From Candidatus Helarchaeota archaeon (lineage in GTDB: Archaea > Asgardarchaeota > Lokiarchaeia > Helarchaeales > RDOG01): 64,000 nt of DNA. Within the stretch, counting starts at the first letter, position 1, and the number at the start of each line of letters is the position of its first letter. The notes beneath the pieces were generated by a model. That model saw only the letters and a program-made list of their open reading frames with translations, made no database searches and had not been told where the DNA came from. Shown in pieces: positions 10,803-20,844 of the stretch. The stretch spans positions 1,229,910 to 1,293,909 of the forward strand of contig JAHPZH010000002.1 in the NCBI GenBank assembly GCA_019058315.1, given 5' to 3'. The position numbers and the translations under genes are program-made.

Positions 10803-11384
10803 ATGACTCATACTTTACATAGACAAGGAAATGAAGAAGCTCTAAAAAGTGATTATGCTATGCTCGCTATGGCAGCAGTAGGAATAAATGATAAAAAACC
10901 AGATACGCGAGATAAACTTGTTCGAATAGGAGAAATATTTCAGCAGCATAACCCCACAAATATTATGATGGAAAATATAAGGAGAGTTTCCCCAGCAATC
11001 ACAGCAGCTTTTACAAATATTGAAACTGTAAGAAAAATCTTAAAAACGTTAAAAAATGAGGATTTAGGCATTTCTATTGTTGTAAGTGGTTTAATTTCTG
11101 AGATTCAAAAAGTTGTGGAAGAAATTGGACTTAAAATGCATACAGTCCATCTTTCATTGGGTGTTTTTGGAAAAAAAGAACTTTTACCTTCAGAAAAAAT
11201 TTTAGAAATTACAACTATGTGCGGACACCACTGTGTATCTCCCCAGTCTGTAGAATCGTACGTAGATAAGATTAAAAAAGGGAAAACAACAATTGAAAAA
11301 GCTGCTGAAAAACTAGCAAAACCTTGTGTCTGTGGAATAGTAAACACTGAAAGAGTAAAAAATATTCTAAAAAAATTAATATAA
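10803..11384 (+). CDS. Conserved hypothetical Cys-motif protein, likely partner of the upstream Fe-S protein
   Basis: Starts MTHTLHR; motifs TMCGHH and CVCG; GAGGTGA ribosome-binding site upstream. Confidence 0.75.
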   Translation: MTHTLHRQGNEEALKSDYAMLAMAAVGINDKKPDTRDKLVRIGEIFQQHNPTNIMMENIRRVSPAITAAFTNIETVRKILKTLKNEDLGISIVVSGLISEIQKVVEEIGLKMHTVHLSLGVFGKKELLPSEKILEITTMCGHHCVSPQSVESYVDKIKKGKTTIEKAAEKLAKPCVCGIVNTERVKNILKKLI

Positions 11385-11740
11385 ATAAAATAAATTATTC
11401 TTTTATAATCTCATTTACTTAAATAATTTCCCTAATTGGTCTGAAAAATTAAACATAGCGTCGGTCTTGAAAAATGCAAAATATACTATTGTAACTAGGA
11501 TGAGGAATAAATTTACTCCAATGAATAAGATTGTATAAGCCTTATAATTTTCCATTTTTAATATTCCTTCTTCTTTACTTGTATAATATTATTTTTCAAT
11601 TTATATCTATTAATCTAACTGTTAGTAAGAATTATATATATAATTATTTATTTTAACATATTTTCTAGAATTTTAAAATTATTGTTAATTTTTCATCTTT
11701 ATTATATAATATTTCCTAGAATTTTAAGAAGGATCTTAAA

Positions 11741-13453
11741 ATGGACGAAAATATGGATGATAATATAATTAAAGAGGAAGTAAAACCAAAAATAGCTGAC
11801 GAACCTTCAAAAAAACTATCAAAAGAGGCAAGAAAAAAGCTTCGCGAAAAGAAAAGGGCTCAAACTGGTCCTTCAACTAAAATGACTTTATATCTTTGGT
11901 TTGTGCTCATTTTTGCTGGAGTTGTCACATTCTTCGATGGATGGTGTACTTTAGCAATTACTTTAGCTATGGGGGACGTCGGAATACAAGCTAATTTAAT
12001 TGAACAATTAACTAACCGCGGTCTATTCGACTATTTCGGCATTTCAAATAACCCTGTGATGATGGGTATAATTCTGAGCATAGCTGGCAGTGGAGTTGTT
12101 ATGGCAGTTTCATTTAAATATTTTGTGGATAAATATGGACGAAGACCTTTAACTCTTATCACTGCAGTTTGTTTTATTTCATTCTCCGCCTTAACTGGTT
12201 TAACTCCTCCTGGTGATACAGGCCTAATTATTTTTCTTATTTTAAGGATTCTGGCCAATTATTTCTTATCGGCTGATATCGTAACAATAATTATAGCAGA
12301 AGAAGCTCCAGATCATTTGAGAGGAAGATTAATTGGAGTAGTTTTAGCAACAAATACTGTCGGTGGTTTTATCTGTGGGATAATTCAAATGGTTGGAGTA
12401 ACAATAGAGCTACCTGGAGGTTACATTTTAAGTACTTGGCAGTCTTTATTTTTCTTATCCAGCCTTGGATTTATTTTCATAATTCCCATGTTCTTTTTCT
12501 TAAAAGAAACTTGGCGATTTGATGGTATGAAGAAATATGAGCAATGGCGAAAGAAAAGGGGGTTAGCCTCAAAAACTGGATGGGCTGTCCCTTTAAGAAG
12601 ACAATATGCGCGTGCCATGATCCTAGGCTGCATTATGGGTTTTCTTATTAACCTCATTTATTTCGCACAAGTCACATTTTTTGGAATTTACTTTGTGAAA
12701 GAATTAAACATGACTTCAAAATTTCTTGGTTTGGCATCGCTTCCATTAATGCTTTCTGCAGGAATTGGATACTATATAGCAGGCCCCTTAATGGATCGTT
12801 GGGGAAGAATTCCTACTATCCATAGATTCGGATGTACAACATTAGTTGGTGGCCTTATTTTTTCATGGCCCACGGTTTTTGTTGTTGGAGGCATTCCAAA
12901 TCCTTTACTTATGGCTCTCGTAATTGGTGGTGGAATGATGGGAATTCTATCACTTACAGTATTAATGACTGCAGCCGTACTTGTTCCGCTGGAAATGTTA
13001 CCAACTCATATTAGAAGTACTGCAATGGGTTGGATGGGAGCAATTGCAAGAGGTGCTATGATTGTATCTCCTTTCTTAATGATGTTCGGTTCTGAAACAT
13101 TAGGTGGTCTAGGACTTACCTATCAAGCCATGTTTGCACTTATGGGTATGCCCTTAACAACTCTATTGTTTTCAGCATATTTATTGGCTCCAGAGAGTAA
13201 AGGAAGAGTATTGGAAGAAATAGTTATGACAGAAATCTATACTAAACAGAAAAGAGTTGATAAAAAAGAATATAGGAGACCATATTATTATTTTGCAATG
13301 GGTATTACATCCTTCTTCTTTACAGGTTTAATTTACGGTAATACTGGTGATGGGATTTTTAAAAGTGTAATATTAATAGTAAGTATTTATAGCATAGTAT
13401 GTCTCGCTTGCTTCTTAATAGTGGTTTGGGCTCGTAATGTTATTTCAGAATAA
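11741..13453 (+). CDS. MFS transporter (paralog 1)
   Basis: Motif A loops DKYGRR and DRWGR, EEAP..LRG, PESKG; multiple TM helices. Confidence 0.9.
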   Translation: MDENMDDNIIKEEVKPKIADEPSKKLSKEARKKLREKKRAQTGPSTKMTLYLWFVLIFAGVVTFFDGWCTLAITLAMGDVGIQANLIEQLTNRGLFDYFGISNNPVMMGIILSIAGSGVVMAVSFKYFVDKYGRRPLTLITAVCFISFSALTGLTPPGDTGLIIFLILRILANYFLSADIVTIIIAEEAPDHLRGRLIGVVLATNTVGGFICGIIQMVGVTIELPGGYILSTWQSLFFLSSLGFIFIIPMFFFLKETWRFDGMKKYEQWRKKRGLASKTGWAVPLRRQYARAMILGCIMGFLINLIYFAQVTFFGIYFVKELNMTSKFLGLASLPLMLSAGIGYYIAGPLMDRWGRIPTIHRFGCTTLVGGLIFSWPTVFVVGGIPNPLLMALVIGGGMMGILSLTVLMTAAVLVPLEMLPTHIRSTAMGWMGAIARGAMIVSPFLMMFGSETLGGLGLTYQAMFALMGMPLTTLLFSAYLLAPESKGRVLEEIVMTEIYTKQKRVDKKEYRRPYYYFAMGITSFFFTGLIYGNTGDGIFKSVILIVSIYSIVCLACFLIVVWARNVISE

Positions 13454-13483
13454 AAATGGTGTATATTAAATAATCAAAATCAA

Positions 13484-14650
13484 TTATTCAATTTTCTTTT
13501 TTTGATTTGATTCATAATCAAATAATTCTAGACCTTTAAACAATTCCTTATTTAACATTTCACCTTGTTCTTTTAGAAATGTATTCAATGCATTTTCAGG
13601 AATATCTGCAAAACTCATACCCAATTTAGCTTTACCGATAGGGTGTTTACGTCTAATCTTATCATATTCCTGTAATGTTTCCATTGAAAAACTGGAAGCA
13701 TCTACTGCATCAACCGCAATATCAGCTGCCATTGCACCAGAAATTGCTGCTGGAATTATGCCATGATATCCAACTGCATCCCCACAGAGCATTAATCCTG
13801 ATAAAACACCAGTTTTTAAAGCCTCACCGAGCAAAAAAGCGTATAATCCCCCTCTTAAACCAAATTCTTGAGCATTCTTAAGTCGTTTTTTTAATACTGG
13901 ATGATTTTTTTTAACGTTTAAATAATCTTGATATGTTCCAAATCCAACCAGAGCATGCCCTTCTTCATCTAAATTAGATACAAAAGCATTAGCAATATGT
14001 TTATCAAATATAGAGCCAAAAAATATTTCAATTACACCAGGCTCAACATCTTTCATATTTAAGAATTCAACTTGGATACCTGGATAATATTTTCGTTCCT
14101 TTTTCTTGTCATATTTTAAAATTCCAGATTTTTCTGCAATTCCCATCGGAATAGATTTACTACCATCACATCCTATAAGAAGATCAGAGTAAATTTTTTG
14201 AATTTTGCCTTTCCTTTTAGCCACTATTCCTATAATCTTTTCATCTTCTTTAATAAGATCAATTACCTTGGTTCCAATGCTTAATTGAGAACCCGCTTGA
14301 ACTGCTTTCTGCGCAAGAAATTGATCAAATTTCACTCGATCTACAAAATAACCACCATTAAATTTCATTTCATAAGCGAATTCACCTTTAGGAGTCCAAA
14401 CACGCCAGCGATCGACTTTAGTAATGATTTTATCCCTTCCAAATTCATTCACAAGTTTCTCAGTATATGGACATCCATTTAGCCAACCAGAGCAATGAAC
14501 AGGAAGTCCAATTGTTGAGTGTTCTTCGATTAATAAAACACTTAATCCTTTTTCCGCAGTCTTTCTCGCCGCTAAAGAACCAGCAGGTCCAGCACCTACG
14601 ATAATTACCTCAAAATTTTCCATAATGCTCACAAATTCACTGATCTTCAA
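13484..14650 (-). CDS. Geranylgeranyl reductase-family FAD oxidoreductase
   Basis: Motifs VGAGPAGS, PVHCSG, DRVKFDQ, GCDG and GDAVG. Confidence 0.85.
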   Translation of the reverse strand: MKISEFVSIMENFEVIIVGAGPAGSLAARKTAEKGLSVLLIEEHSTIGLPVHCSGWLNGCPYTEKLVNEFGRDKIITKVDRWRVWTPKGEFAYEMKFNGGYFVDRVKFDQFLAQKAVQAGSQLSIGTKVIDLIKEDEKIIGIVAKRKGKIQKIYSDLLIGCDGSKSIPMGIAEKSGILKYDKKKERKYYPGIQVEFLNMKDVEPGVIEIFFGSIFDKHIANAFVSNLDEEGHALVGFGTYQDYLNVKKNHPVLKKRLKNAQEFGLRGGLYAFLLGEALKTGVLSGLMLCGDAVGYHGIIPAAISGAMAADIAVDAVDASSFSMETLQEYDKIRRKHPIGKAKLGMSFADIPENALNTFLKEQGEMLNKELFKGLELFDYESNQKKKIE

Positions 14651-14721
14651 ATTTAATAGAATTGATATTTAATCTAATTCCGAGATATAAACATTTAAAT
14701 ATGTATAATGTTAAATTTTAC

Positions 14722-14749
14722 TTGAATGTAAAAAATAGTTTACATTCAA
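14722..14749. promoter_or_regulatory. Perfect inverted repeat, putative XRE-family operator
   Basis: TTGAATGTAAA-aaatag-TTTACATTCAA (11-bp arms), 37 bp upstream of the HTH-containing gene cluster. Confidence 0.75.
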
Positions 14750-14786
14750 AAAATGTTTTACAAAATTAGGAGATGAATGAAGAAAA

Positions 14787-15647
14787 ATGTCTGAAAAATA
14801 TAAAATGGATCAAAAAATCGATAAATCATTGATAACTAAGGAAACTTTCAAAGCATTCATAATAGTAATCTCAATCTGTGCATTAGCATGTTTAATTGCA
14901 TCTTTCGTTATAGCTGGTGCATTTAACGATCCTGAAAACAATCCATTAGGTCATAATCTTCAATATATTTACATTCCAATTATATTAATTATAATTGGTA
15001 CAGTAGGTGTTTCATTACCATTTGTTGTAGTTGTTGTCACACGAGTTTACATGGGTAAGTATGTAAGCAGTTTTAAATACAAGTTGACCAATTCTGCAAT
15101 AGAGATTCGCCAAGGTGTGTTCACAAAGAATAAAGTCACCATACCTTATTCACGTGTTCAAAATATTAATGTCGTGAATGGTATCTTCGATAGAATTTTT
15201 GGACTTTATACCGTTTTAATAGAAACGGCTGGTATTTCAGGAGTACAAGCACAAGGAGGTAAAATCGGAAGACCTGAGGGTTATTTACCTGGATTAAAAA
15301 ATCCACATGAATTCGAAGCAGAATTAAAACAAATGTTAGACAAGTATAATGTGTTACCATCGGGATTAGAAGAAAAAATCTTCAAGCCTCAAGAATTAGC
15401 CTTTGATAATTTTATCTCTTATATACTTAGCAAAATGAGAGATAGAGATGATTTATTAAAAACGAATGTTAAAGACCTCAGGGAAAAACAAAAAATAACC
15501 TCAATAGAGCTTGCAGCAAAAATAGGAGTTAAAAACGAAACTATAGAACTTTTAGAAGCAGGAAGATACACGCCTTCATTAAGTTTGGCGTATAAAATTG
15601 CTAAAGAATTAAAATGCAAAATAGAAGACCTATTTCAATTCGATTAA
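14787..15647 (+). CDS. Membrane protein: 2 TM + bacterial PH (bPH_2/YdbS-like) + C-terminal XRE HTH
   Basis: IRQGVFTK..TIPYSRVQNI..GIFDRIFGL..IETAG, then ELAAKIGV...LEAGRYTPSLSLAYKIA. Confidence 0.85.
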   Translation: MSEKYKMDQKIDKSLITKETFKAFIIVISICALACLIASFVIAGAFNDPENNPLGHNLQYIYIPIILIIIGTVGVSLPFVVVVVTRVYMGKYVSSFKYKLTNSAIEIRQGVFTKNKVTIPYSRVQNINVVNGIFDRIFGLYTVLIETAGISGVQAQGGKIGRPEGYLPGLKNPHEFEAELKQMLDKYNVLPSGLEEKIFKPQELAFDNFISYILSKMRDRDDLLKTNVKDLREKQKITSIELAAKIGVKNETIELLEAGRYTPSLSLAYKIAKELKCKIEDLFQFD

Positions 15648-15687
15648 ATATTTTTTTAATATTTTAAAATAATAAAATGGTGCAATT

Positions 15688-16074
15688 GTGAGATTAAAAA
15701 CAAAATTAGTTTCCAAAATTAAGGAATTACGGGCGGAGAGTGACATTACTCAAGAAAAATTAGCTGAAGAAGTTGGTGTCACTCGCCAAACTATTTCCTA
15801 TTTGGAGAAAGGCGAATATAATCCCTCTCTAAAAATTGCTCATGATATTGCACAATATTTTGGAAAATCAGTGGATGATGTTTTTACATATGAAACAGTA
15901 TTAACTATTAAAAGAGAACAATTTAATCTCACTCTTGAACAATTAGCCACCCTGATTGGTATCAAAATTGAAGAATTAGAAAAATTAGTAAATGAGGAAT
16001 ATCAAAATCCTCCAGAATTTTTGAAAAAAATAGCAAAACAATTAAATTGTAAAATCGAGGATTTGGTTGAGTAA
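15688..16074 (+). CDS. XRE-family regulator with two HTH domains
   Basis: TQEKLAEEVGVTRQTISYLEKGEYNPSL, plus a second degenerate HTH (LTLEQLATLIGI). Confidence 0.9.
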   Translation: MRLKTKLVSKIKELRAESDITQEKLAEEVGVTRQTISYLEKGEYNPSLKIAHDIAQYFGKSVDDVFTYETVLTIKREQFNLTLEQLATLIGIKIEELEKLVNEEYQNPPEFLKKIAKQLNCKIEDLVE

Positions 16075-16105
16075 ATAGCTAATTATAAAAATAATTTAAC
16101 AGAAA

Positions 16106-17209
16106 GTGAATCATTTGGATAAACTAAATGAGTTTTTTGCCAAAAAATGGGCATTACCCCTATTATATTTTGTTTTAATTATTTTAAACGTGATCTTTCC
16201 TCCTATAACATCTAGAGGATATGCTGCTCAGGATACTGGAAGAGTAATATCAAGTTTATTAAATACCTCTATCATTCCTTATGTATGGTTAGCCCCTGTA
16301 TTTCATATTGCGACAATAATTTTAGTAATTATTATTTGGCGTCTAGGGGTCAAAGTAAGTAGAGTTTTTAGTTTATACATTGGTATAAATTATATTTTTA
16401 TAGGTCTTATCCAAAATTTTGGAGAAACATGGGAATTTGGTTTTGTTATATTAATCGGGACTATGATTACAGAATTCATAATAGGATTTTTATGGATATG
16501 GGATGCTTACGATCCTAAAACTGAAAGTAAATTTGAGAAACTTCCACTTTGGAGATATTGGACTATACCATTAGCGATTTTAGCATATTGGTGCCCAATT
16601 AACTCTACACAAAACATGGGACCCTATTTCAACCCACTATTTTTATTGATTTCGCCAGGGTATGGACTTACTTTTTGTATGACAACACCCGTGTTTCTAT
16701 GTATTTTAACCCTTTTCTATCCACATGTAAATAAACCCGCTCTTAAAATAACAGCTTGTGCTGGATTTATTATGGGAGTTTTGAATATGTTTAGTTTGCT
16801 CATCCCTTACACCTTTTGGATGGGTATATTGCATATTCCTTTATTGTCTATCTCAATTTATGTATTCATTTTACCTAAAATAATGAAAAATGAGCCAAAA
16901 ATTGTAAATCAAGAACTTGTAAAAATCCCCCATGTTCAAGGACGTCTTATTGGAGAAGTAAACATAGGTAAGTTAGAAGATTTTTTAATTGCAGAAAAAT
17001 CTACCGAAGGAGTAGAGGTAGGCGATATTGTTGAAATTATTGGGGGACCATTTAAAGGAGAAAAAGCAAAAATCACCCGAGTTGATACAACTGAAGATGT
17101 AGTTATTTTAGTATTATGTGAATCTACTCGCCCGATTCCAATTAAAGTTCATGCAGATTTTATTAAAAAGATAATCAGTAAAGAAAAAAGAAAGCCTGAA
17201 ATGAAATAA
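16106..17209 (+). CDS. Multi-pass membrane protein fused to the C-terminal part (KOW) of archaeal Spt5
   Basis: About 8 hydrophobic segments, then IPHVQG..GEV...LEDFL...VEVGDIVEIIGGPFKGEKAKITRVD...PIPIKV. Confidence 0.75.
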   Translation: MNHLDKLNEFFAKKWALPLLYFVLIILNVIFPPITSRGYAAQDTGRVISSLLNTSIIPYVWLAPVFHIATIILVIIIWRLGVKVSRVFSLYIGINYIFIGLIQNFGETWEFGFVILIGTMITEFIIGFLWIWDAYDPKTESKFEKLPLWRYWTIPLAILAYWCPINSTQNMGPYFNPLFLLISPGYGLTFCMTTPVFLCILTLFYPHVNKPALKITACAGFIMGVLNMFSLLIPYTFWMGILHIPLLSISIYVFILPKIMKNEPKIVNQELVKIPHVQGRLIGEVNIGKLEDFLIAEKSTEGVEVGDIVEIIGGPFKGEKAKITRVDTTEDVVILVLCESTRPIPIKVHADFIKKIISKEKRKPEMK

Positions 17210-17243
17210 TTTATTAAAAATCCAGTAAGCATAAGGTCTGGTA

Positions 17244-18935
17244 ATGAAAAAAATTGATAAAATTTCTAATATTAATGAAAAAAAAGCTATTTTACATATT
17301 AAGAAAGAATATTATTTAGATGAAACAGATTTTGAAATTGATAAAGAGGGACGAGTAGTTAAACTTCGATTACTAGAAAAATGGTTTGAAATTGCACCTG
17401 AAATTATAGGAAAACTCACTCATTTAGAAGAATTAGACCTTCAAAATAATGATTATTTTTATCCCCCAGAAGATGTTGATTCAAAAATTGGAAATTTAGA
17501 AAATCTTACCAAATTAAAAAAATTAAACCTCCATTTTAATTATCTTAAAAAAATTGAAGGTTTAGCGAATCTCTCTAATTTAAGAGAATTAGATCTTCAT
17601 ATGAATAAAATTGTAAAAATAGAGAACTTAGAAAATCTTCATAATTTAAATCACTTATACCTCTCACATAATCATATTGAAAAAATAGAGGGTTTAGAAA
17701 ATCTCACTCAATTGAAAACTTTAGATTTCGCATATAATCCAATTAAAAAAATAGAAGGATTAGAGAATCTAACTCAACTACAAACTTTAGATTTTATGCA
17801 TAATAAGATAACAAAGATCGAAGGTTTGGAAAATCTCCATAAATTGGAAGATTTAAATTTGTTTGGGAGTGTTATAAAAAAGATAGAAGGCTTAGAGCAC
17901 CTTACTCAATTAAAAAAATTAGATTTATACGGAAAAGAGATTAAAAAGATAGAAGGGTTTGAATGTCTTATTAATTTAGAAACGTTGTATTTATATGGAA
18001 ATCAAATTGAAAAAATTGAGGGGCTTGAGACTCTTTCTAAATTACAGCATCTATCTTTTAATAAAAATAAGATAAAAAAGATTGAAGGTTTAGATAATTT
18101 ATTGGAATTAGAAGGAATAAATATTTCTGAAAATGAAATTATAAAGATCGAGGGATTAGATAATCTCATTAAATTACAAAAATTAGATCTTGCCAGTAAT
18201 AAGATAAAAGAAATTAATGGTTTAAATAAATTAAATCAAGTGGAAGAAATAGACCTTTCCAATAATCAAATCGAAAAAATAATTGGGCCATTAAACCTTT
18301 CTAATTTAAAAATACTAAAAATTAAAAATAATAAGATCAAGCAAATAGAAGGGTTAGAAGAACTAACACAATTAGAGGAATTAGATTTATGTGAAAACAA
18401 AATAACGAATATTATGGGGCTAGACAGACTCGTTCAATTGAAATATTTGAATCTGGATAACAATCTAATCTATATGCTTGAAGGGTTAGATAATCTATCA
18501 AATTTAGAAAGTTTACATATTTCAGACAATAAAATAACAAAGATAGAAGGTTTAGAAAAGCTTAACCAATTAAAAAAATTAATATTAAGCTCTAATCTCA
18601 TTTCTAAAATCGAAGGTTTAGAGAATCTTCCTCAATTAGAAACTTTAACTCTACATTTTAATCAAATTAGAAAGTTGGAAGGATTAGATAATCTTATCCA
18701 TTTAACAGATCTTACCCTTGATTACAATCCTTTGGATGCAGAAGACCAAAAAATAATTAAAGAAGATATAAAAAAAATAATTTCTCATTATAAAAAGAGA
18801 GAAATAAAAGGGCTTGTTAAGCAATTGGAATTATTAAAGGCACAGTCTGAAATAGACGGACTGAATTTAGAAGATTATATTATTTTAAAAAGGAAAATAG
18901 AAAAAATTAGTAAAAAAATAAAAGATTTTAAATAA
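17244..18935 (+). CDS. SDS22-type leucine-rich repeat protein (~20 x 22-aa repeats)
   Basis: Repeated consensus IxKIEGLENLxxLxxLDLxxNx. Confidence 0.95.
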   Translation: MKKIDKISNINEKKAILHIKKEYYLDETDFEIDKEGRVVKLRLLEKWFEIAPEIIGKLTHLEELDLQNNDYFYPPEDVDSKIGNLENLTKLKKLNLHFNYLKKIEGLANLSNLRELDLHMNKIVKIENLENLHNLNHLYLSHNHIEKIEGLENLTQLKTLDFAYNPIKKIEGLENLTQLQTLDFMHNKITKIEGLENLHKLEDLNLFGSVIKKIEGLEHLTQLKKLDLYGKEIKKIEGFECLINLETLYLYGNQIEKIEGLETLSKLQHLSFNKNKIKKIEGLDNLLELEGINISENEIIKIEGLDNLIKLQKLDLASNKIKEINGLNKLNQVEEIDLSNNQIEKIIGPLNLSNLKILKIKNNKIKQIEGLEELTQLEELDLCENKITNIMGLDRLVQLKYLNLDNNLIYMLEGLDNLSNLESLHISDNKITKIEGLEKLNQLKKLILSSNLISKIEGLENLPQLETLTLHFNQIRKLEGLDNLIHLTDLTLDYNPLDAEDQKIIKEDIKKIISHYKKREIKGLVKQLELLKAQSEIDGLNLEDYIILKRKIEKISKKIKDFK

Positions 18936-19031
18936 TTGGTTTTTATATTTTATCAATTTGACTTTTTTTTAATTAAAACTAATGACTTAAATATGCTATT
19001 TGTTACTGTGTAGTACCTATGTCTAGCTGGA

Positions 19032-20738
19032 GTGCATGTGATGAAAGAAAAAGAAAAGACAAAAACTACCGATCTTGAAACTTTTAAAAAATTACCAAAG
19101 GATCAACGCAAGAAAATTCGAGAAAAAAGAAGAATCGAAGCTGGTTTGCCTACAAAAATGACTATATACCTCTGGTTTGTTCTCTTCTTTGCAAGTGTCG
19201 TTACATTTTTCGATGGATGGTGTACTCTCGCAATTACGCTGGCTATGGGAAGTTTTGCTGGAGGAGTAGATTTATTGGAACAATTACTTAATCCTGATCT
19301 TTTTACATATTTTGGATTAACATCTAGTCCGGTTATGATGGGAATTATTCTTTCTATAGCAGGAATTGGAGTCGTAGTTGCCGTTTCTTTTAAATATTTT
19401 GTTGATAAATATGGTCGTCGTCCATTAACTCTTATAACTGCAGTTCCGTTTATTACATTCTCAGTTTTAACTGCATTTGTTCCTCCTAGTAGAGAAGGGT
19501 TAATTTTATTTCTTATTTTAAGGATTTGTGCTAACTACTTTCTTTCAGCTGATGTGGTAACTATTATAATAGCGGAAGAATCTCCTAATCATTTGAGAGG
19601 TAGATTGGTTTCAATGGTTCTTGCAATGAATGCAGTTGGGGGGTTTGCTTGTGGAATGATTCAAGCGACGGGAATTAAAATTCCATTCTCTGGTGCTTGG
19701 GGACCAAGTTTAAGTACCTGGCAAAGTTTATTTTTCTTGACGAGTATTGGATATTTATTTATTATTCCACTATTTATCTTCTTAAAAGAAACTAAACGAT
19801 TTGTACAAATGAAAAAATATGAAGAATGGCGAGCAAAAAAAGGATTAAAAGCTAAATCTGGATGGTTTGCACCTTTACAAAAAAAATATGCACGGGGGAT
19901 GGCAACAGGAATGATCGTTGGATTTTTAGCACAATTAATATATTTTGCTCAAGTAACCTTCTTCGCACTCTATTTTGCTAAAGAACAGAATTTAACTCCA
20001 AAGGTGGTAGGAATTGTATCATTACCACTAATGCTTGCAGCAGGAGTAGGTTATTTTGTAGCTGGACCTATATTAGACCGATGGGGAAGACTTCCCACTA
20101 TATATAGATTTGGTTGCACAACTTTAGTAGGAGGTATGGTCTTTTCATGGCCTACAGTCTTTATTGTTGGTGACATTGCCAATCCGTTACTTATGGGCAT
20201 TGTTTTAGCTGGAGGTATGATGGGTATATTCTCTCTAACAATATTAGCTGCTGCAGGAACTATTCTTCCCATGGAAATGTTACCAACTCATATTCGAAGC
20301 ACTGCTATGGGTTGGATCGGTGCTATTTCAAGAGGTGCAACTATTGTGGCTCCTTTCTTAATGATGTATGGGGCGGAAGCATTGGGTGGATTAGGACTTA
20401 CTTATCAAGCTATGTTCGCACTCATGGGAATGCCATTGACAACAATACTGTTTACTGCCTTCCTATTAGCACCTGAAAGTAAGGGAAGAGATTTGGAGGA
20501 AATCGTAGCTACTGAAACTTACTCTAAAATGAAGAAAATATCTGAAAAAGAATACAGAAGACCTTATTACTACTTTGCAATAGCCATCTCTTCATTTTAT
20601 ATTACAGGATTAATTTACGGTAATACCTCTGATGCAAATTTCTTAAATGTATTCATTATCGCGACCTTCTACACGGCGTTATGCTTGGTTTGTTTCATAT
20701 TAGTTATTCTGGTCCGTAGAATAATTACAGAGAAGTAA
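19032..20738 (+). CDS. MFS transporter (paralog 2)
   Basis: Same motifs as 11741..13453 (FFDGWCTLAITLAMG, DKYGRRP, PESKG). Confidence 0.9.
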   Translation: MHVMKEKEKTKTTDLETFKKLPKDQRKKIREKRRIEAGLPTKMTIYLWFVLFFASVVTFFDGWCTLAITLAMGSFAGGVDLLEQLLNPDLFTYFGLTSSPVMMGIILSIAGIGVVVAVSFKYFVDKYGRRPLTLITAVPFITFSVLTAFVPPSREGLILFLILRICANYFLSADVVTIIIAEESPNHLRGRLVSMVLAMNAVGGFACGMIQATGIKIPFSGAWGPSLSTWQSLFFLTSIGYLFIIPLFIFLKETKRFVQMKKYEEWRAKKGLKAKSGWFAPLQKKYARGMATGMIVGFLAQLIYFAQVTFFALYFAKEQNLTPKVVGIVSLPLMLAAGVGYFVAGPILDRWGRLPTIYRFGCTTLVGGMVFSWPTVFIVGDIANPLLMGIVLAGGMMGIFSLTILAAAGTILPMEMLPTHIRSTAMGWIGAISRGATIVAPFLMMYGAEALGGLGLTYQAMFALMGMPLTTILFTAFLLAPESKGRDLEEIVATETYSKMKKISEKEYRRPYYYFAIAISSFYITGLIYGNTSDANFLNVFIIATFYTALCLVCFILVILVRRIITEK

Positions 20739-20844
20739 AATATGATTTTTTTAATAAATTTCTTTTTTTCTTTTAAATTATTTAATAAAAACAAGTAAGT
20801 AGGGACTATTTTTAAAATTTTTAGAATTAATATACTATAAAATA

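Noticed and set aside
17480-18730. ~66-bp periodicity as a CRISPR array or non-coding repeat
   Set aside because: The units are degenerate in-frame LRR coding repeats with no repeat-spacer structure and no cas genes.
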